Assembly: GCA_951406725.2 (NCBI GenBank)
Contig: OX597819.1
Location: 22,196,001 to 22,260,000, forward strand
DNA length: 64,000 nt
Direction of reading: 5' to 3'
Source of the DNA: Octopus vulgaris
Taxonomy: Eukaryota
A program made the translations under genes and the position numbers. Below the pieces are notes generated by a model that ran no database searches, was not told where the DNA came from, and saw only the letters and a program-made list of their open reading frames with translations. Within the stretch, counting starts at the first letter, position 1; each line of letters begins with the position of its first letter. Shown in pieces: positions 28,116 through 42,286 of the stretch.

Positions 28116-28213
28116 AAACACTACGATCGTTTCATGGCTGTACCAATTCGAATAACAATAATTTAAATTCAATTAATAATTCGAGTTATGGTTACAGTCA
28201 ATCTTCAGGTTAA
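28116..28213 (-). ncRNA. minimal hammerhead-ribozyme motif with long stem II
   Basis: CTGAAGA-t-tgactgta...tacagcca-t-GAAAC-gatc-GTA; palindromic stem III, weak stem I. Confidence 0.6.
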
Positions 28214-28799
28214 TTTGAATATTTTAAAAATAATCAGAAATATTTAAACAATATTTTAAAGATATAAATAATATAATAATTTCACTTATAATAAACTCTA
28301 TTATCAAACTAGAACTTAAAACTTAACAATTATGATTATATCAAAATCGATTATAATGTTAAATATTAATTTTAATTTATAAGGTAAGAAACCCACCAAT
28401 AATCTAATATCGGTAATAGTCTATATCTAATTACATAAATATATTTTTTAAAATGACTATTATATATAAATTATCAATGAAAATATATAAATATATATAA
28501 ATATTACAATTAAGATCTAATATAATCTCTATAAATAAATATATATGCACATATAATAAAGACCTAATAAATTAATTTTTCATATTTAAAGATGAAATAG
28601 CTAATTTCAAAAATACAAACAAACAAACTTAAACGAACTTTCAGAAATCTTATTTTAAAATACTTATAGAAATAATCAATTCGTAGTTATATAGTATCGA
28701 ATAAATACTATAAATACTATAAATATAATTATCAATGGGAATAACTAGCGAATATCTATTTAAAAAGACAGTAACTAAGTTATGCTATTAAGTTAGACA

Positions 28800-29285
<486 letters not shown>

Positions 29286-30129
29286 GTATGGCCTGGACCA
29301 ATCATTAGTCAAAACATATCTAAGTTTATAAGAGTTTATCTAATTTTAATTATAAGAAATTTAAAACTGCAATTAATACTATTAATACATGTATATACAA
29401 AAGCCTAAGTTTAGACACCTCGTATACTTGCTATCAAACAACAAATCTATTACTAAGTAATATCTTACGAATAAACTTAAATTTAATATCTAATAATATA
29501 GAAAATTACGATAATTAGATCATTACATAAACAACGATATTTACATAAGGAAAATATTATATCAAAGACTTATAAAATATTAAAATTTACAATTTAAAGA
29601 TCTTAAATATAAATAAATACTTATCTTAGCAAGGTTTTGTAATGAACTAAAATTTTGAATGGGAAAACGTCTTTACAGCGTTTATAAGAATACTCGTGGA
29701 ATTACGTTATTAGCAAAAAAAGAATAAATTGTTGAAGAATTCATTAAGCGTGAGGAACAAATACGCTTTATCAATGAAGATTGTGAATGGGAACATTAAT
29801 GTTTTATCAGTGTAATTAGAATGAAGTCACAAATAAAGAATAAAATCACTCTATACTATAAGATTTATTAATAAAATAACTATGATAAATAATACTTAAT
29901 ACAAAATAAATTAAATAATTTAAATGATAAAAACCACTCATTACTAAATATATTCTAAAAATCTTATATGATTAATAAATATATAAAAAAAAATTTTTTA
30001 TAGTACCCCCTCATCGTACTATAAAGTCTTTCCCAATGCTCTTATAATTATAAGCTAAAATTAGTGATCATAACCAAAATCTCAAAAATTTGCAGTATAA
30101 CTATACATACGTATACATATATATATAAA

Positions 30130-30180
<51 letters not shown>

Positions 30181-31056
30181 CACACACACATATATATACA
30201 TACATATACATATATACACACATATATACACACACATATACACATACACACACATACATACATGTACATACATACAATACTCAATATATACACATACACC
30301 TATATACACACACCCACACACACACATAAATAAATGTATATACATATACATATATATACACGCACATCAACCTATACACATATATACATACACACACAAA
30401 CACATATATCATATAGTAAATACGTATATAAATGTCTATATTCATACTACAATACAAAAAATGAGGTAAACATTAAGTTTAATCTAAATATTTAATCTTA
30501 CTAATCTATACTTTTATATTAAATAAAATAGATCAAATAAACAACTAAATAAATCTATTTCAAATATAAAGAGAATACATACAAATAGATTAATATAACA
30601 AAATTATAATTTAACAAAATTATAACAGAAATATAACAAAATATTTAAACTTAACTTTATTATAAGATAAATAAAATTGTAACTTACCAAACTCTATATT
30701 CAATAAACCATTAAATATTTATTAAAAAATATATTTAGTAATAAAATATTTAGTAATAAAATAAACAACTATATATAATCTAACAATAATTAAAAACAGA
30801 ACCTAAATAACTAAAATAAACTAATATAATAAGTACTACACATCACCTGCTATATTTAGAATACTATTACATAAATCAACAAATAAGGAGCTAATTAAGG
30901 CTAATAAATATTCATTATTTATCAAGAAATTTATTATATAAGTAAAGTAACTTGTGTTTGCATTTTATTTTGCGCTCATCCCAAGTATTCACTAAATTAT
31001 CATATATATTTATATAAATTATTATATATATATGTATGTATAAATATATATATATG

Positions 31057-31099
<43 letters not shown>

Positions 31100-31104
31100 G
31101 TACA

Positions 31105-31181
<77 letters not shown>

Positions 31182-31188
31182 GTATATA

Positions 31189-31252
<64 letters not shown>

Positions 31253-31318
31253 CTGTTTGCTTAGGCAGCGGCGTGGCGTCATTTGAAGGCTAGAACAATG
31301 AAAAGCGCATTATGACCA

Positions 31319-31363
<45 letters not shown>

Positions 31364-31552
31364 AACATATATATATCTTAGCTACCGAACAATTGTCACA
31401 TTATTTTACAGATAAATTTCCTCTATTTACATAATATTGAGGTCTCTTTCTTTCTTTTGTTATCTTACCGTTTTTACCAATATATATATATATATATAAT
31501 ATATATACATTATATATATATATATAATATATATAATATTATATCGCAACTG

Positions 31553-31584
<32 letters not shown>

Positions 31585-33231
31585 CAGTTGCGACTAAAAT
31601 GTTCAGAACGGCATTGTTTTTGTCAGAAAAGTAGGTATAAGTAGGTATAATATAACTTTATATTTGTATAAAGTTGTTTTGTATTTTATAATTTTCACAC
31701 ACGATAAAGACGATATTACTTGGTATTGTCTGAGATTTTGGTGTAATGTGAGTGGAGAATACAAAAGTTATGGATGATATAGTGATTTACTGCAAAACCC
31801 ATGGTGGCCAAAATGATCAGAACGGTTGAAAAAATAACAAAATAATCAAAAAGTGACAGAGAATGCTGGAATTATTTCATATTTAGTGTGAAGCCCTTTA
31901 GCTTTAATCAAAGTTTGACATTTTCGACTACATGGGGAAATTAAATTTTCAATTTCTTGCTGGGTGATCTTATTCCATTCTTCCTGAAGGGCATTCCATA
32001 ATTACTCGGTTGTTTTAGGATTTCTGGCTTTCAAACATTCTCCTAGAATATTCAACACATTTTCAATAGGATTGAGATCTGGGCTTTGAGCAGGCTAATC
32101 CATAACAATAACCTTTTCAGCCTTGAGGAAGTTCATGACCACCTTAGCCTTGTGACATGGGGCATTGTCCTGCATGAATATGGGTGGTCGCTTAGTTGAA
32201 TTTCTCAGCACAGGCAAGACATGATCTTTTACAAGTTGTTTATAAACTCCTGCATTTACCTTTCCATGTAATCGCAGACAAGGGCCCACAACATCTCCAG
32301 ATATCATCCCCCAAACCATGACACTTCCTCCACCGAATTTAACACTAGTCTTAAGGCATTTAGGTGACAATTTTTCACCTGCTTTTCGACGAACGTACCT
32401 TTTCCCATCTGAGCCAAATAACATAGACTTAGATTCATTACTGAAATGCACCGTTTGCCATTTTTTTGAGACCACAACACATGTTCGGTTGCAAAGGTAA
32501 GACGGCACTTTTTATTCTTGGAGCTGATCAGTGGCTTCACTGCAGGTGCTCTTACTTGTAGGTCATGTTCAACTAAAGGACGAGACAGTTTTTCGAGATA
32601 AAGTTTTCTTCAGTACAATGCTCATTTCCCGAAAAACAGCAGCAACAGTTTTAAATCTGTCCTTTTTAACCAGCTTTACCATAGCACGATCTTCTCTCTT
32701 GGTCGTTTTTCTTGGCCTACCTGTAGACTTTCTTGCTTAACACGAACCACAATCATCGTAGACCTTAAGAATACCGTGAACAACACTTTTAGGCTTGTTA
32801 ACAATCTTTGCAATAGACCTAATACTTAAATTATCCTTCTTTCGAAGCTTAATAATCTGCTGACGAATTGGTAACGGAGTAAGTGGCACTATATTAACAA
32901 AGTACACTGCAGATATTCTTACTAATGTTTAGTAAACGAACTGTCACGTAAAAAAATTCAAAATTTTAGAGTTCGACCGTTAAATATACTAAAACATGGA
33001 GTAAAAGCAACCGTTCTGATCATTTTGGCTGCCATGGGTTTTGCAGTAAATCACTAAATCGTCCATAACGTCTTTATTATCCTCTCAAATTACACCGATA
33101 TCTCAGACAATAACAAATTATATCGTATCTATTATCTGTGAAAATTATAGAATATAAAACAACTTTAATAAAAAATTATATCTACTTTTCTGACGAAAAC
33201 AATGCCGTTCTGAACATTTTGGCCGCAACTG
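31585..33231 (-). mobile_element. full-length Tc1 element with long IR/DR-type TIRs; frameshifted transposase
   Basis: TA|cagttgcg...cgcaactg|TA; TIRs ~240 bp with repeated aaaatg.tcagaacgg; FS.ES, VKFGGGSVMVWG, FMQDNAPCH, QSPDLNPIEN. Confidence 0.92.
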
Positions 33232-33275
<44 letters not shown>

Positions 33276-33669
33276 CAAAATAATAAATAAAACATATGCA
33301 TATATACATACATATATGTACATACCTACATCTATATGTATGTATACATGCATATTTAGGTACAAAACACCAAAAAAACGTCGAACACAATGAGAAACGA
33401 AAACGTAAAAACAGAATCATGGAAGCGGACATCATTTTAAGCAACGAAAAAACAGGGTACAAGACATTCAACACAAGGAAAATTCCCCTTCATATATAGT
33501 TCAATTTGAAAAATTCACCAGAATGGACGCAATTTGAAAAATCCACCATAATGGACGAAAGCGCTAATATATGATATATGTTATATGTTATATGATGTAT
33601 AAAAACATGTAATATACAAATAAATATCTGTAAATATAAAACCATCCGAATTTCTGAGTACCTCATTTC

Positions 33670-33736
<67 letters not shown>

Positions 33737-33823
33737 ATGTATGTATATGTATGTGTATGCATATATGTATATATGTATGTTTGTATGTATGTATAAGGAA
33801 AATAAGACAAGGTAGAAAATACT

Positions 33824-33890
<67 letters not shown>

Positions 33891-33903
33891 ATATGTATAT
33901 AAC

Positions 33904-34184
33904 CAATTGCAACGTGGAAGGTGTTTATAAGCCATTTAAGAAACACACAAAACTGTTAGATTCACTTCAACATTTAAATTTAATTTGTCAAAATATTTTC
34001 GCCGCTTTTAGACCGCGACCTGTTCACTGACAAAAACTCTTGCCGCAAGAAGTTTTGTCAGTGAACAGGTCGCGGTCTGAAAGCGACGAAAATATTTTGA
34101 CAAATTAAATTTAAATGTTGAAGTGAATCTAATGGTTTTGTGTGTTTCTTAAATGGCTTATAAACACCTTCCACGCTGCAATTG
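33904..34184. repeat. near-perfect ~140-bp-arm palindrome (inverted Penelope-like pLTR pair)
   Basis: arms are reverse complements with few mismatches; centre cttgccgcaag at ~34043. Confidence 0.92.
34055..34103 (+). ncRNA. hammerhead-like motif with G3:C8 swapped core (mirror copy at 33985-34033, -)
   Basis: ttgtca-GTGAACA-g-gtcgc...gcgac-GAAA-atat-TT-tgacaa. Confidence 0.55.
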
Positions 34185-35452
34185 TTTTCGTTCCAGCACA
34201 CGATCTCAGATCAAGTCACTCGCTATGCAAGTACATCTCCGTATATATATATATATATTACCGAATGTTACTGCGGTTGAGCGGTGTATTTGAAACTTAT
34301 AATATATGATTATATAACACGTATATTTTCAGTGCTATTTGCACATTCATGCAGCGATTCGAATCTAAGGGTACCTACAAAATTCATTTTAATTTCCATT
34401 CCCTTTGAAATTGTCCTTATTCGTGGTTTGGGCTTTAACTGCCTTTTCCAGCATGTAAGGTCACCTCTTTTGTGTATAAATAAGTTAAATTGTTAAATTG
34501 TTTGTACACCATTATATATATGACGGGTTTTTCACATTTTCCGTCAACAAGTTTTTATTATATTGAATCACTCAATTTACAGTATTTACCGACGTCTCTA
34601 CGTTTCTTTGAATCCCGCCGGTATTGATGACTTTGTTTTTTGTGCATCCTAGTTAAACCAATTAAATGTAGGTTTTATTTTTATTGACTATACTCCACCC
34701 TATAAATTTGTGGCCTTCTCTATGTGTTGCAAATCTTACACCTAAACACGAGTAACATTTAGTCTAGTTTTATTATTTCATCTTTTAGGTGTGAGTCAAT
34801 ATTAATAATTTATTAGTTAGTGGATTCTACCCAACTTATGGTACATCAAACTTTAAAAAATATTATTTCAGATCATATAGATCAATAATTTATAGTAGAA
34901 AATCAATGAGAACTATTGATTACTTCAAAGCTTCTATTTATGTCAATTCTGTTGTAATATCGAGGTCAAGTACCATCGATAATCGATAATCGATCATAAT
35001 TCACATTACACAAATACGAAATGATAAAAGAAAAATGTTTGATTTCAAGCATTTTCTCTTTTCTCCATCCTCTATTATATAATAAATGTCTTTTTGATGT
35101 TCGTAAATGTTGGTTGATTTTCGTACTGCGTTTTAAGTAAATATTAAAAAAAAACATAAATAATAATTTGAACAATATATTACAATTTCAAAAGGACAAA
35201 CATCTGTGACGTATAGGGAAAAAAATTTAAAAAATACAGAACTGGTTTGTCAGATTGCACTGGTGGACGGGAATCTAGAGGTGTTTATGTTCTCACAAAG
35301 GTCAATGACTCCATGCATATTATGCATTCTTCCTGAATAGGGAATAATGATGAGTTCTGTCTTTAAAGACTTATCGATGTGTACGTATTTGATAATCCAA
35401 GCAACACACACGAATCTGAGAGACTACAAAGTCACACCTTTATCTTTGGAAC

Positions 35453-35494
<42 letters not shown>

Positions 35495-35503
35495 GTAATA
35501 ATG

Positions 35504-35583
<80 letters not shown>

Positions 35584-35722
35584 CACCATGTCGCGCACAT
35601 ATGGTTGTGATGCATGTGCCTAGTGTACCCTTATCAGACGGGTAGTCATGATGGGTATACTGGGCTTCGTATATTTTACTCCAGTGTCACTTTGATGGCA
35701 TGCACTGCTCTCTCACTCACTC
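35584..35722. mobile_element. truncated (AAT)n-associated element
   Basis: matches 3100-3234; flanked by (AAT)n on both sides. Confidence 0.8.
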
Positions 35723-35741
35723 AATAATGATGATGATGATG

Positions 35742-35803
<62 letters not shown>

Positions 35804-36294
35804 TATAATTATAATAATAATACATATTGACTCTTTTTCCCAATAACTAATTCAAAATTATGGATTTGTTCCTATTTATGATTTATTTTTCATCATATTT
35901 CCGTTGAAATGCGCTGCATTTATTTCAATGAACTTTGAAGATAACGAAAAGTTTAATTAAATTATTTTGTCATTATGAAGCAAGAGTCAAAGACATAAGT
36001 AAACATAAAATGTTGGAGGAAGGTTTTAAGACTTCTATCGCTTTAAACAGGAAGTATATAGTATAAAACCAAGGACAGTCTCGGGCAAGTTCATATTGAT
36101 TAGTTCTAGTAACATCATTGGTGTCGTAAGGAGCCAGTGGGCTAATTAAACAGCAATTAATAGCGACAGTATTGTTATGCCTCACATTTCCATATGAAGG
36201 GTTCTCTCAGAGTAAAGAACACAGGATTCTCTGTTCTATCACGTCCACTTTTAGATAAATACTACATTTGGGTATATATACTGTTTCTACCGCT

Positions 36295-36344
<50 letters not shown>

Positions 36345-36614
36345 GTTGTATTTCACTTTCCTTCCGTTAAATGTATGTTACTTCTAGTTGGAAACATCTT
36401 TTTTCTGTGGCTATACTATCGGGGCTATTTTTAGCACTAGAGTTATCCACATAATAATTTATGTATAAATTTGTATTTTCTCCGTAGTTTTTTGTGCTAA
36501 GCCACTCGGTGTTAAATGAATGGTATTATTAAATTAATATCAATTTTTCACCCTCATTTATAAATATATATACATATATATTAATCAAAATAAAAACATG
36601 ATGCCAAGGATTCA

Positions 36615-36692
36615 GCGGTACATATGGTTCGGGTCTTTATTAGACGGATTTATAACAATGCATAATGTGTGTCTATGGCCTTCTTCAGCCGC
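36615..36692 (-). ncRNA. minimal hammerhead motif (GAAA mutated to GAAC)
   Basis: gcgg-CTGAAGA-...-GAAC-catatg-TA-ccgc. Confidence 0.6.
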
Positions 36693-36764
36693 GAACAATT
36701 ACTACTTCAAGGACATGTGTTACATCTTAAATTCTACGTTGGGGATACAAATCCTCACAGTCGC

Positions 36765-36817
<53 letters not shown>

Positions 36818-36824
36818 TATATAC

Positions 36825-36899
<75 letters not shown>

Positions 36900-36906
36900 T
36901 ATATAC

Positions 36907-36937
<31 letters not shown>

Positions 36938-37731
36938 TACATATATATATACATATATTTATATATAGAGTATATTTTACATAGTAGATAATATTGAAAT
37001 CTCTCCAACCAATATATATTTTCCAATCAATATTATATTGTAATATTGTAACTATATTATGATCACCAGTATTATTGCGATTATAATCTTTGCTTTGTAC
37101 TTTTCTTATCTTTCTGATTTTATTGTTATTTTTATTTTATTTTATTTTTCTAATTTTTTATCGTTTATGTTTTATCTTTGCATTTAAATTATTAATTAAT
37201 TAATTAAAACTGTTATATCCCCCAAAACGAGATAGACACTTAGAAGTTGTGATGTTTTTGCGAGTGTATATGCGGTTCTAACATTATTATCTTTTTTCTA
37301 ACTTTATTACCCTTATCCTTTACTTACATTGTCCCCTTACCTTGTTTCTATCTTTAAAGTTTTCTCTCTCTATTTTCTTAAAACCTTCATTTTTCTCCCT
37401 TTTCTTTCTTTATCTCTATTTCCCCTCTGTCTTTTCTCTCTATTCTTTCTATCTATTTTCTTTCCTCTCCATGTTCTCCCTATTTTTCTTCTTTTATTTC
37501 TATTTCCTTACAAGGGGAATGAACCCATTCAAATCTATTTAACATTCACTCTATGTTGACTGGTGATACAGTATGGACGGGTTTTCAAAATCCAATGATA
37601 CCCTACACGCCTATTTGGTTGTGAAATTTTGCAAATACACTTTCTCAGGGAGATATGATATACCTATTATTATGGATAATACTACATGTACTTTTCGTAG
37701 TGTGATTTAACTCTTTGGAATAACAATGCAT

Positions 37732-37822
37732 GCAGCTGAAGAGAGCTTTAAACCATCTTTTATATCTATTATACACTGATGTAAGAAGAAGTCGTTTATA
37801 AAGCTTGAAACACGTGTACCGC
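37732..37822 (+). ncRNA. minimal hammerhead-ribozyme motif
   Basis: gcag-CTGAAGA-gagcttta...taaagctt-GAAAC-acgt-GTA-ccgc; canonical core, palindromic stem III. Confidence 0.7.
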
Positions 37823-38186
37823 GACATCCTTTGCGTTCGTATTTTTAATTTTATTTGATATATATATATATATATATATACTGATATGTATACGCCATCA
37901 CACACATATACATGTGTATACCAGAGTAACCACATAAATGGGATACAAGGTGGAAAAAAAATAATACACGAATATCGAAGGTAGAGTAATATGCTTATAT
38001 ATATATGTGTGTGTAAGGTTAGTTGAGTTAGAGGTTAAAATAACCGTCTAAGGGATAAAAGTATCCAAAATACTACCGGTATATTACCTATACCTAAACA
38101 AGGGTTAAAGCGTTATGCTCATAGCACAAGGATAAACAGGAGTTTATCAGGAATCAAAAGTTAAAGAAAACAGAAAATGGAGATAC

Positions 38187-38459
38187 CATTGATGAACAAC
38201 AATTATTTTGCATCAATTATTATTTATTAATAATTTACAAAAGACTGCATGCCATCTAACATTACCTCTAATTAATTACCTCTGATGAAGCTCCATGATT
38301 CAAATCGGTTTTAATACCAACTATTATTAATATTCTGTTAGCATCGTCATGGTCAGTCCAAAGAACATTGGCAGCAGAAACAGATGTTAGACGGGATTCA
38401 GTCCTTTGTAAATTATTAATAAATAATAATTGATGCAAATCAATTGTTGCTCATCAATG
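38187..38459 (+). mobile_element. Penelope-like fragment: ~60-bp inverted arms around a degenerate hammerhead (38278-38392)
   Basis: 38187-38247 vs 38399-38459 inverted; CTGATGA...GAAAC-agat-GTT between them. Confidence 0.6.
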
Positions 38460-38468
38460 TTATATATA

Positions 38469-38596
38469 CAGGGTGTCCCAAAAAAATGTATACACACCTT
38501 AAATAATTGTAAATTTGTTATTCTTTGTAAGCCTAGTACTTATTCTATCGTTCTCTTTTGCCTAACCACTATGTGTATACACTTTTGGGGGACACA

Positions 38597-38599
<3 letters not shown>
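38469..38599. mobile_element. Tc1/mariner MITE
   Basis: TA|cagggtgtcccaaaa.. / ..ttttgggggacacactg|TA. Confidence 0.8.
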
Positions 38600-38685
<86 letters not shown>

Positions 38686-38821
38686 TACATACATACATAC
38701 ATATATATACATACACCTGTTATACATATACATACACCTGCTTTTTAATCAAAATTTCCTTCTATCGGTTTCTAACTGTTATAAAGACCACAAAGGAAAA
38801 ACAAAACAGAAAGAAATAGAA

Positions 38822-39000
38822 GTGTTCATTCGGAAGTTACTTTATTACGTTAATTAATACACCTGTTTCAGTGGAAATTATATGAGATAATGTTAATATC
38901 TTAATCCGGTATAATTCTTCTTCTTTATCAGTTTATAGCAAACTGATTTTCGTTTTGGTTTCAACAGTGGTTTCAGATTTAGATCGATCTGTTTATATTT
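38822..39000 (-). other. gene B putative non-coding 3' UTR exon 5 with poly(A) signal
   Basis: ttttttctacttttatag acceptor ending at 39001; AATAAA at 38846-38841 followed by a U/GU-rich tract. Confidence 0.55.
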
Positions 39001-39285
39001 CTATAAAAGTAGAAAAAATATAGAACATTTATTTATATATATAGCAAGAACAATTATTACCAAATAAATTTGATTAGCGTCGTTAATTATAAAACTGTAA
39101 ATTTTACTGCAATTAAATGCCATTAAACAATAAAGTTATGACTGCGCTACATTCAATTTCCAGCTGCATAGATTTATCAAGCAGGTTAATCTCATTGACG
39201 AATTAAAATATCCTTCGGGTTTATTTTCCTGTTCAATTTAGACAAATACAAACACATGAAAAACATATAGGCACTTTAGGTGGAA

Positions 39286-39664
39286 GCACTCCGTCGGTTA
39301 CGACGACGAGGGTTCCGGTTGATCCGAATCAACGGAACAGCCTGCTCGTGAAATTAACGTGTAAGTGGCTGAGCACTCCACAGACACGTGTACCCTTAAC
39401 GTAGTTCTCGGGGATATTCAGCGTGACACAGAGAGTGACAAGGCCGGCCCTTTGAAATACAGGTACAACAGAAACGGGAAGTAAGAGTGAGAGAAAGTTG
39501 TGGTGAAAGAGTACAGCAGGGATCACCACCATCCCCTGCCGGAGCCTCGTGGAGCTTTAGGTGTTTTCGCTCAATAAACACTCACAACGCCCGGTCTGGG
39601 AATCGAAACCGCGATCCTACGACCGCGAGTTCGCTGCCCTAACCACTGGGCCATTGCGCCTCCA
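39286..39664 (-). mobile_element. tRNA-derived SINE, family C
   Basis: reverse complement of the 4308-4676 family. Confidence 0.88.
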
Positions 39665-39751
39665 CATATAGGTACTATATACTGAACCACTAAGTTACAG
39701 GGCACGTAAACACACCAACACAGGTTGTCAAGCAGTGGAGCGGGACAAACA

Positions 39752-39791
<40 letters not shown>

Positions 39792-40299
39792 TACACACGC
39801 ATGTAGTTATATACGTGATGGTATCAGCTAGTTTCTGGACGATTTATATTTAATAAAAATATAACTTGTCTACCTAATTATATCAATAAAGTAGTGTAAG
39901 GTCAAAAATTGTTGTTCCCGGCTTAATGATGATGGTTTTCTTTGATCCCCTAGCACCCTTATATTAGGAATATCAACGTAGATTTTTTTTTAATTATAAG
40001 TCCCTTATTGCTTTGATTGAACTTTATTGTCTCTGCTAATGTGTCTAAGAGGTGAGAGTTCTGTTATTTATTATGTTCACAAAATATCTTATGTTTGTAG
40101 TCATACTTATGGTTGACTCTGGCCCGAAATGCTCTGCGCCACTAGACATTTCTACTAGGACAGATTATAGCCTCATATCCCAACTAAAAGGTAATAGATA
40201 TAAAACTTAAATATACAGAAATGGTCATTTATTCAACGACCAAGTCATGACATCTTTTTTTCTCATGCTGTCCACTGTACGCTGTGAATACTCTGTGAT

Positions 40300-40440
40300 A
40301 CATATTATTCTTTAGAATAATTGCAACACCAATGGAAGAAAAGTGTTGACCGGAATATGTTAAAAATTAAAACTCTTTGGTCACATTCCATGAGAGTATT
40401 TTGGTCGGCCCTTGAAAGCTTCAGCTGACCCTCTTACAGG
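40300..40440 (+). mobile_element. mariner 3' end/TIR relic
   Basis: tggtcacattccatgagagtattttggtcggcc matches the TIR region at ~55555-55590. Confidence 0.55.
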
Positions 40441-41003
40441 GCAACCACATTACATTTTCTCCAAATGTCTCTGCAGTATTTGACATGATTGCAAAGCAAT
40501 TCAAAGAGGAAATCGATCCCATTACTTCCATTGGTATCGGAACCAATTTCTTGAAAGGATGGGAGATAAGCTATCTATGCCTGGATAAGTCTCAGTCAAT
40601 ATCGTCTCCCTATTTGAATGTTACGATACCAGAAAACTTAACAGATTATATCCAGTTGGTGCTATTAAGTTAAACGTAGTATATGTCTATATACACTTGA
40701 CACCATGATCTAGAAACTTCAGGATCGAAAAGAACATGGAAGAAACTTGACTTTTGGATATTGGTACCAGAAGCTAACCTTCTACCGACCATATTTTATC
40801 AATCTGTAGCCCGACAAAAAAAAGACATATTTTCAGTTGGAACATGTAACCGAAAATATTTACGATTGTATTTTTATATCTGAATGAAAGCTAACTGGAG
40901 TTAGAAGTGGAATAGAAGAGGACGTGTGTTACAAGGGCAACTCAACAGTAACGTGGAGGGGAATAAACTAAATTAGATAGCTTAAAATATATACTTACTT
41001 TAC

Positions 41004-41146
41004 TTAACAATTTTCCGCTAATTCTGATATGATTTCAACGCGTTTATCTTCCCAAATTTTGCACCTGCGAGTCCAACATTCACCGTCTTTTAAGAGTGGC
41101 CAAGTTTCACCGTTCCCAACACATTTGCCATCATTCTGCCGACAAA
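41004..41146 (-). CDS. gene B last coding exon (exon 4): second Cys-rich module and stop
   Basis: acag acceptor, phase 1, FCRQNDGKCVGNGETWPLLKDGECWTRRCKIWEDKRVEIISELAENC*; gtaagt donor 5 nt after the stop; not in the ORF track. Confidence 0.85.
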
Positions 41147-41716
41147 CTGTTGTTGATAAGATAACAAGCAATATCTAGATTACTCTATAAAGTAACTATC
41201 CTTGATTTAATCATACCTATTATTGCTAAAGACTGGTAAAAGGCCAGCAATTTTAGGGGATCGTGTAAGTCGATCATATCGACTCTAATTCACCATAGCT
41301 ACTTAATTTATTGAACTGGAAGGCTTCAAATGCAAAGTCAACCTCAGCAGAACTTGAAGTCAAATCCGAAAAGCAGAAAGAATTCCGATAAACATTTTGC
41401 CTGGGCGTGCTAACTATTTTGCAGGTTAACTGTTTCAATCAGAATCTTTCTTGACTATATATTTATTAAACGTAATTTATTAGGAATTTTATATCTTGAG
41501 TTCATATTCCTAAAATCGGAATAGATTAAAGTAAATGTGTGTATGTTCTGTGCCTCGATTTTGAGGAGAGATAGAAGGCATTTCAATTGACATATACACC
41601 GGTCGCATGAAAGCTATTTGAAGCATTCTCTTCGGTTATAAGTGTAAAATTGGCATGAAACCGGTTACAACGTCGAGTATTCATCTTGATCTGCTCAACA
41701 TAAACTTCTACCCGTA

Positions 41717-41950
41717 AGGCGGTGAGCTGGCAGAAACGTTAGCACGCCGGCCGAAATGCGTAGCCGTATTTCGTCTGACGTTACGCTCTGAGTACAAATT
41801 CCGCCGAGGTCGACTTTGCCTTTCATCCTTTCGGGGTCGATAAATTAAGTACCAGTTACGCACTGGTGTCGATATAATCGACTTAATCCGCTTGTCTCTT
41901 CTTGTTTGTTCCCTGTATGTTTAGCCCCTTGTGGGCAATAAAGAAAGAAG
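41717..41950 (+). mobile_element. family-A SINE
   Basis: family consensus match. Confidence 0.9.
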
Positions 41951-42234
41951 AAACTCCTGCTCATAAAACTGACGTGTAAGTGGCTGAGAACATCAGAGGC
42001 ACGTGTGCCATTATCGTAGTTTCAGAATGGGATAGAGCGAATTCTTTGAATTACAAGTGCAACTAATTTTTCCTGCTCAATGGAATGGGGCAATGTGAAA
42101 TAAAGTGAATCGCACAAGGACATTATGCACTGCCAAGAATCTAAATTAAGTTGGATTAAGTTAAATTAAGTTGGATGTTTGACTTTGTTAATATAGGAAA
42201 AATATTTTAGATACGTCAAAGAAAATTTGAAGAA

Positions 42235-42284
<50 letters not shown>

Positions 42285-42286
<2 letters not shown>

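Noticed and set aside
33360-33580. Further hammerhead candidates (ccccttcat; GAAAgcgcTA)
   Set aside because: Only half-motifs; core or stems truncated
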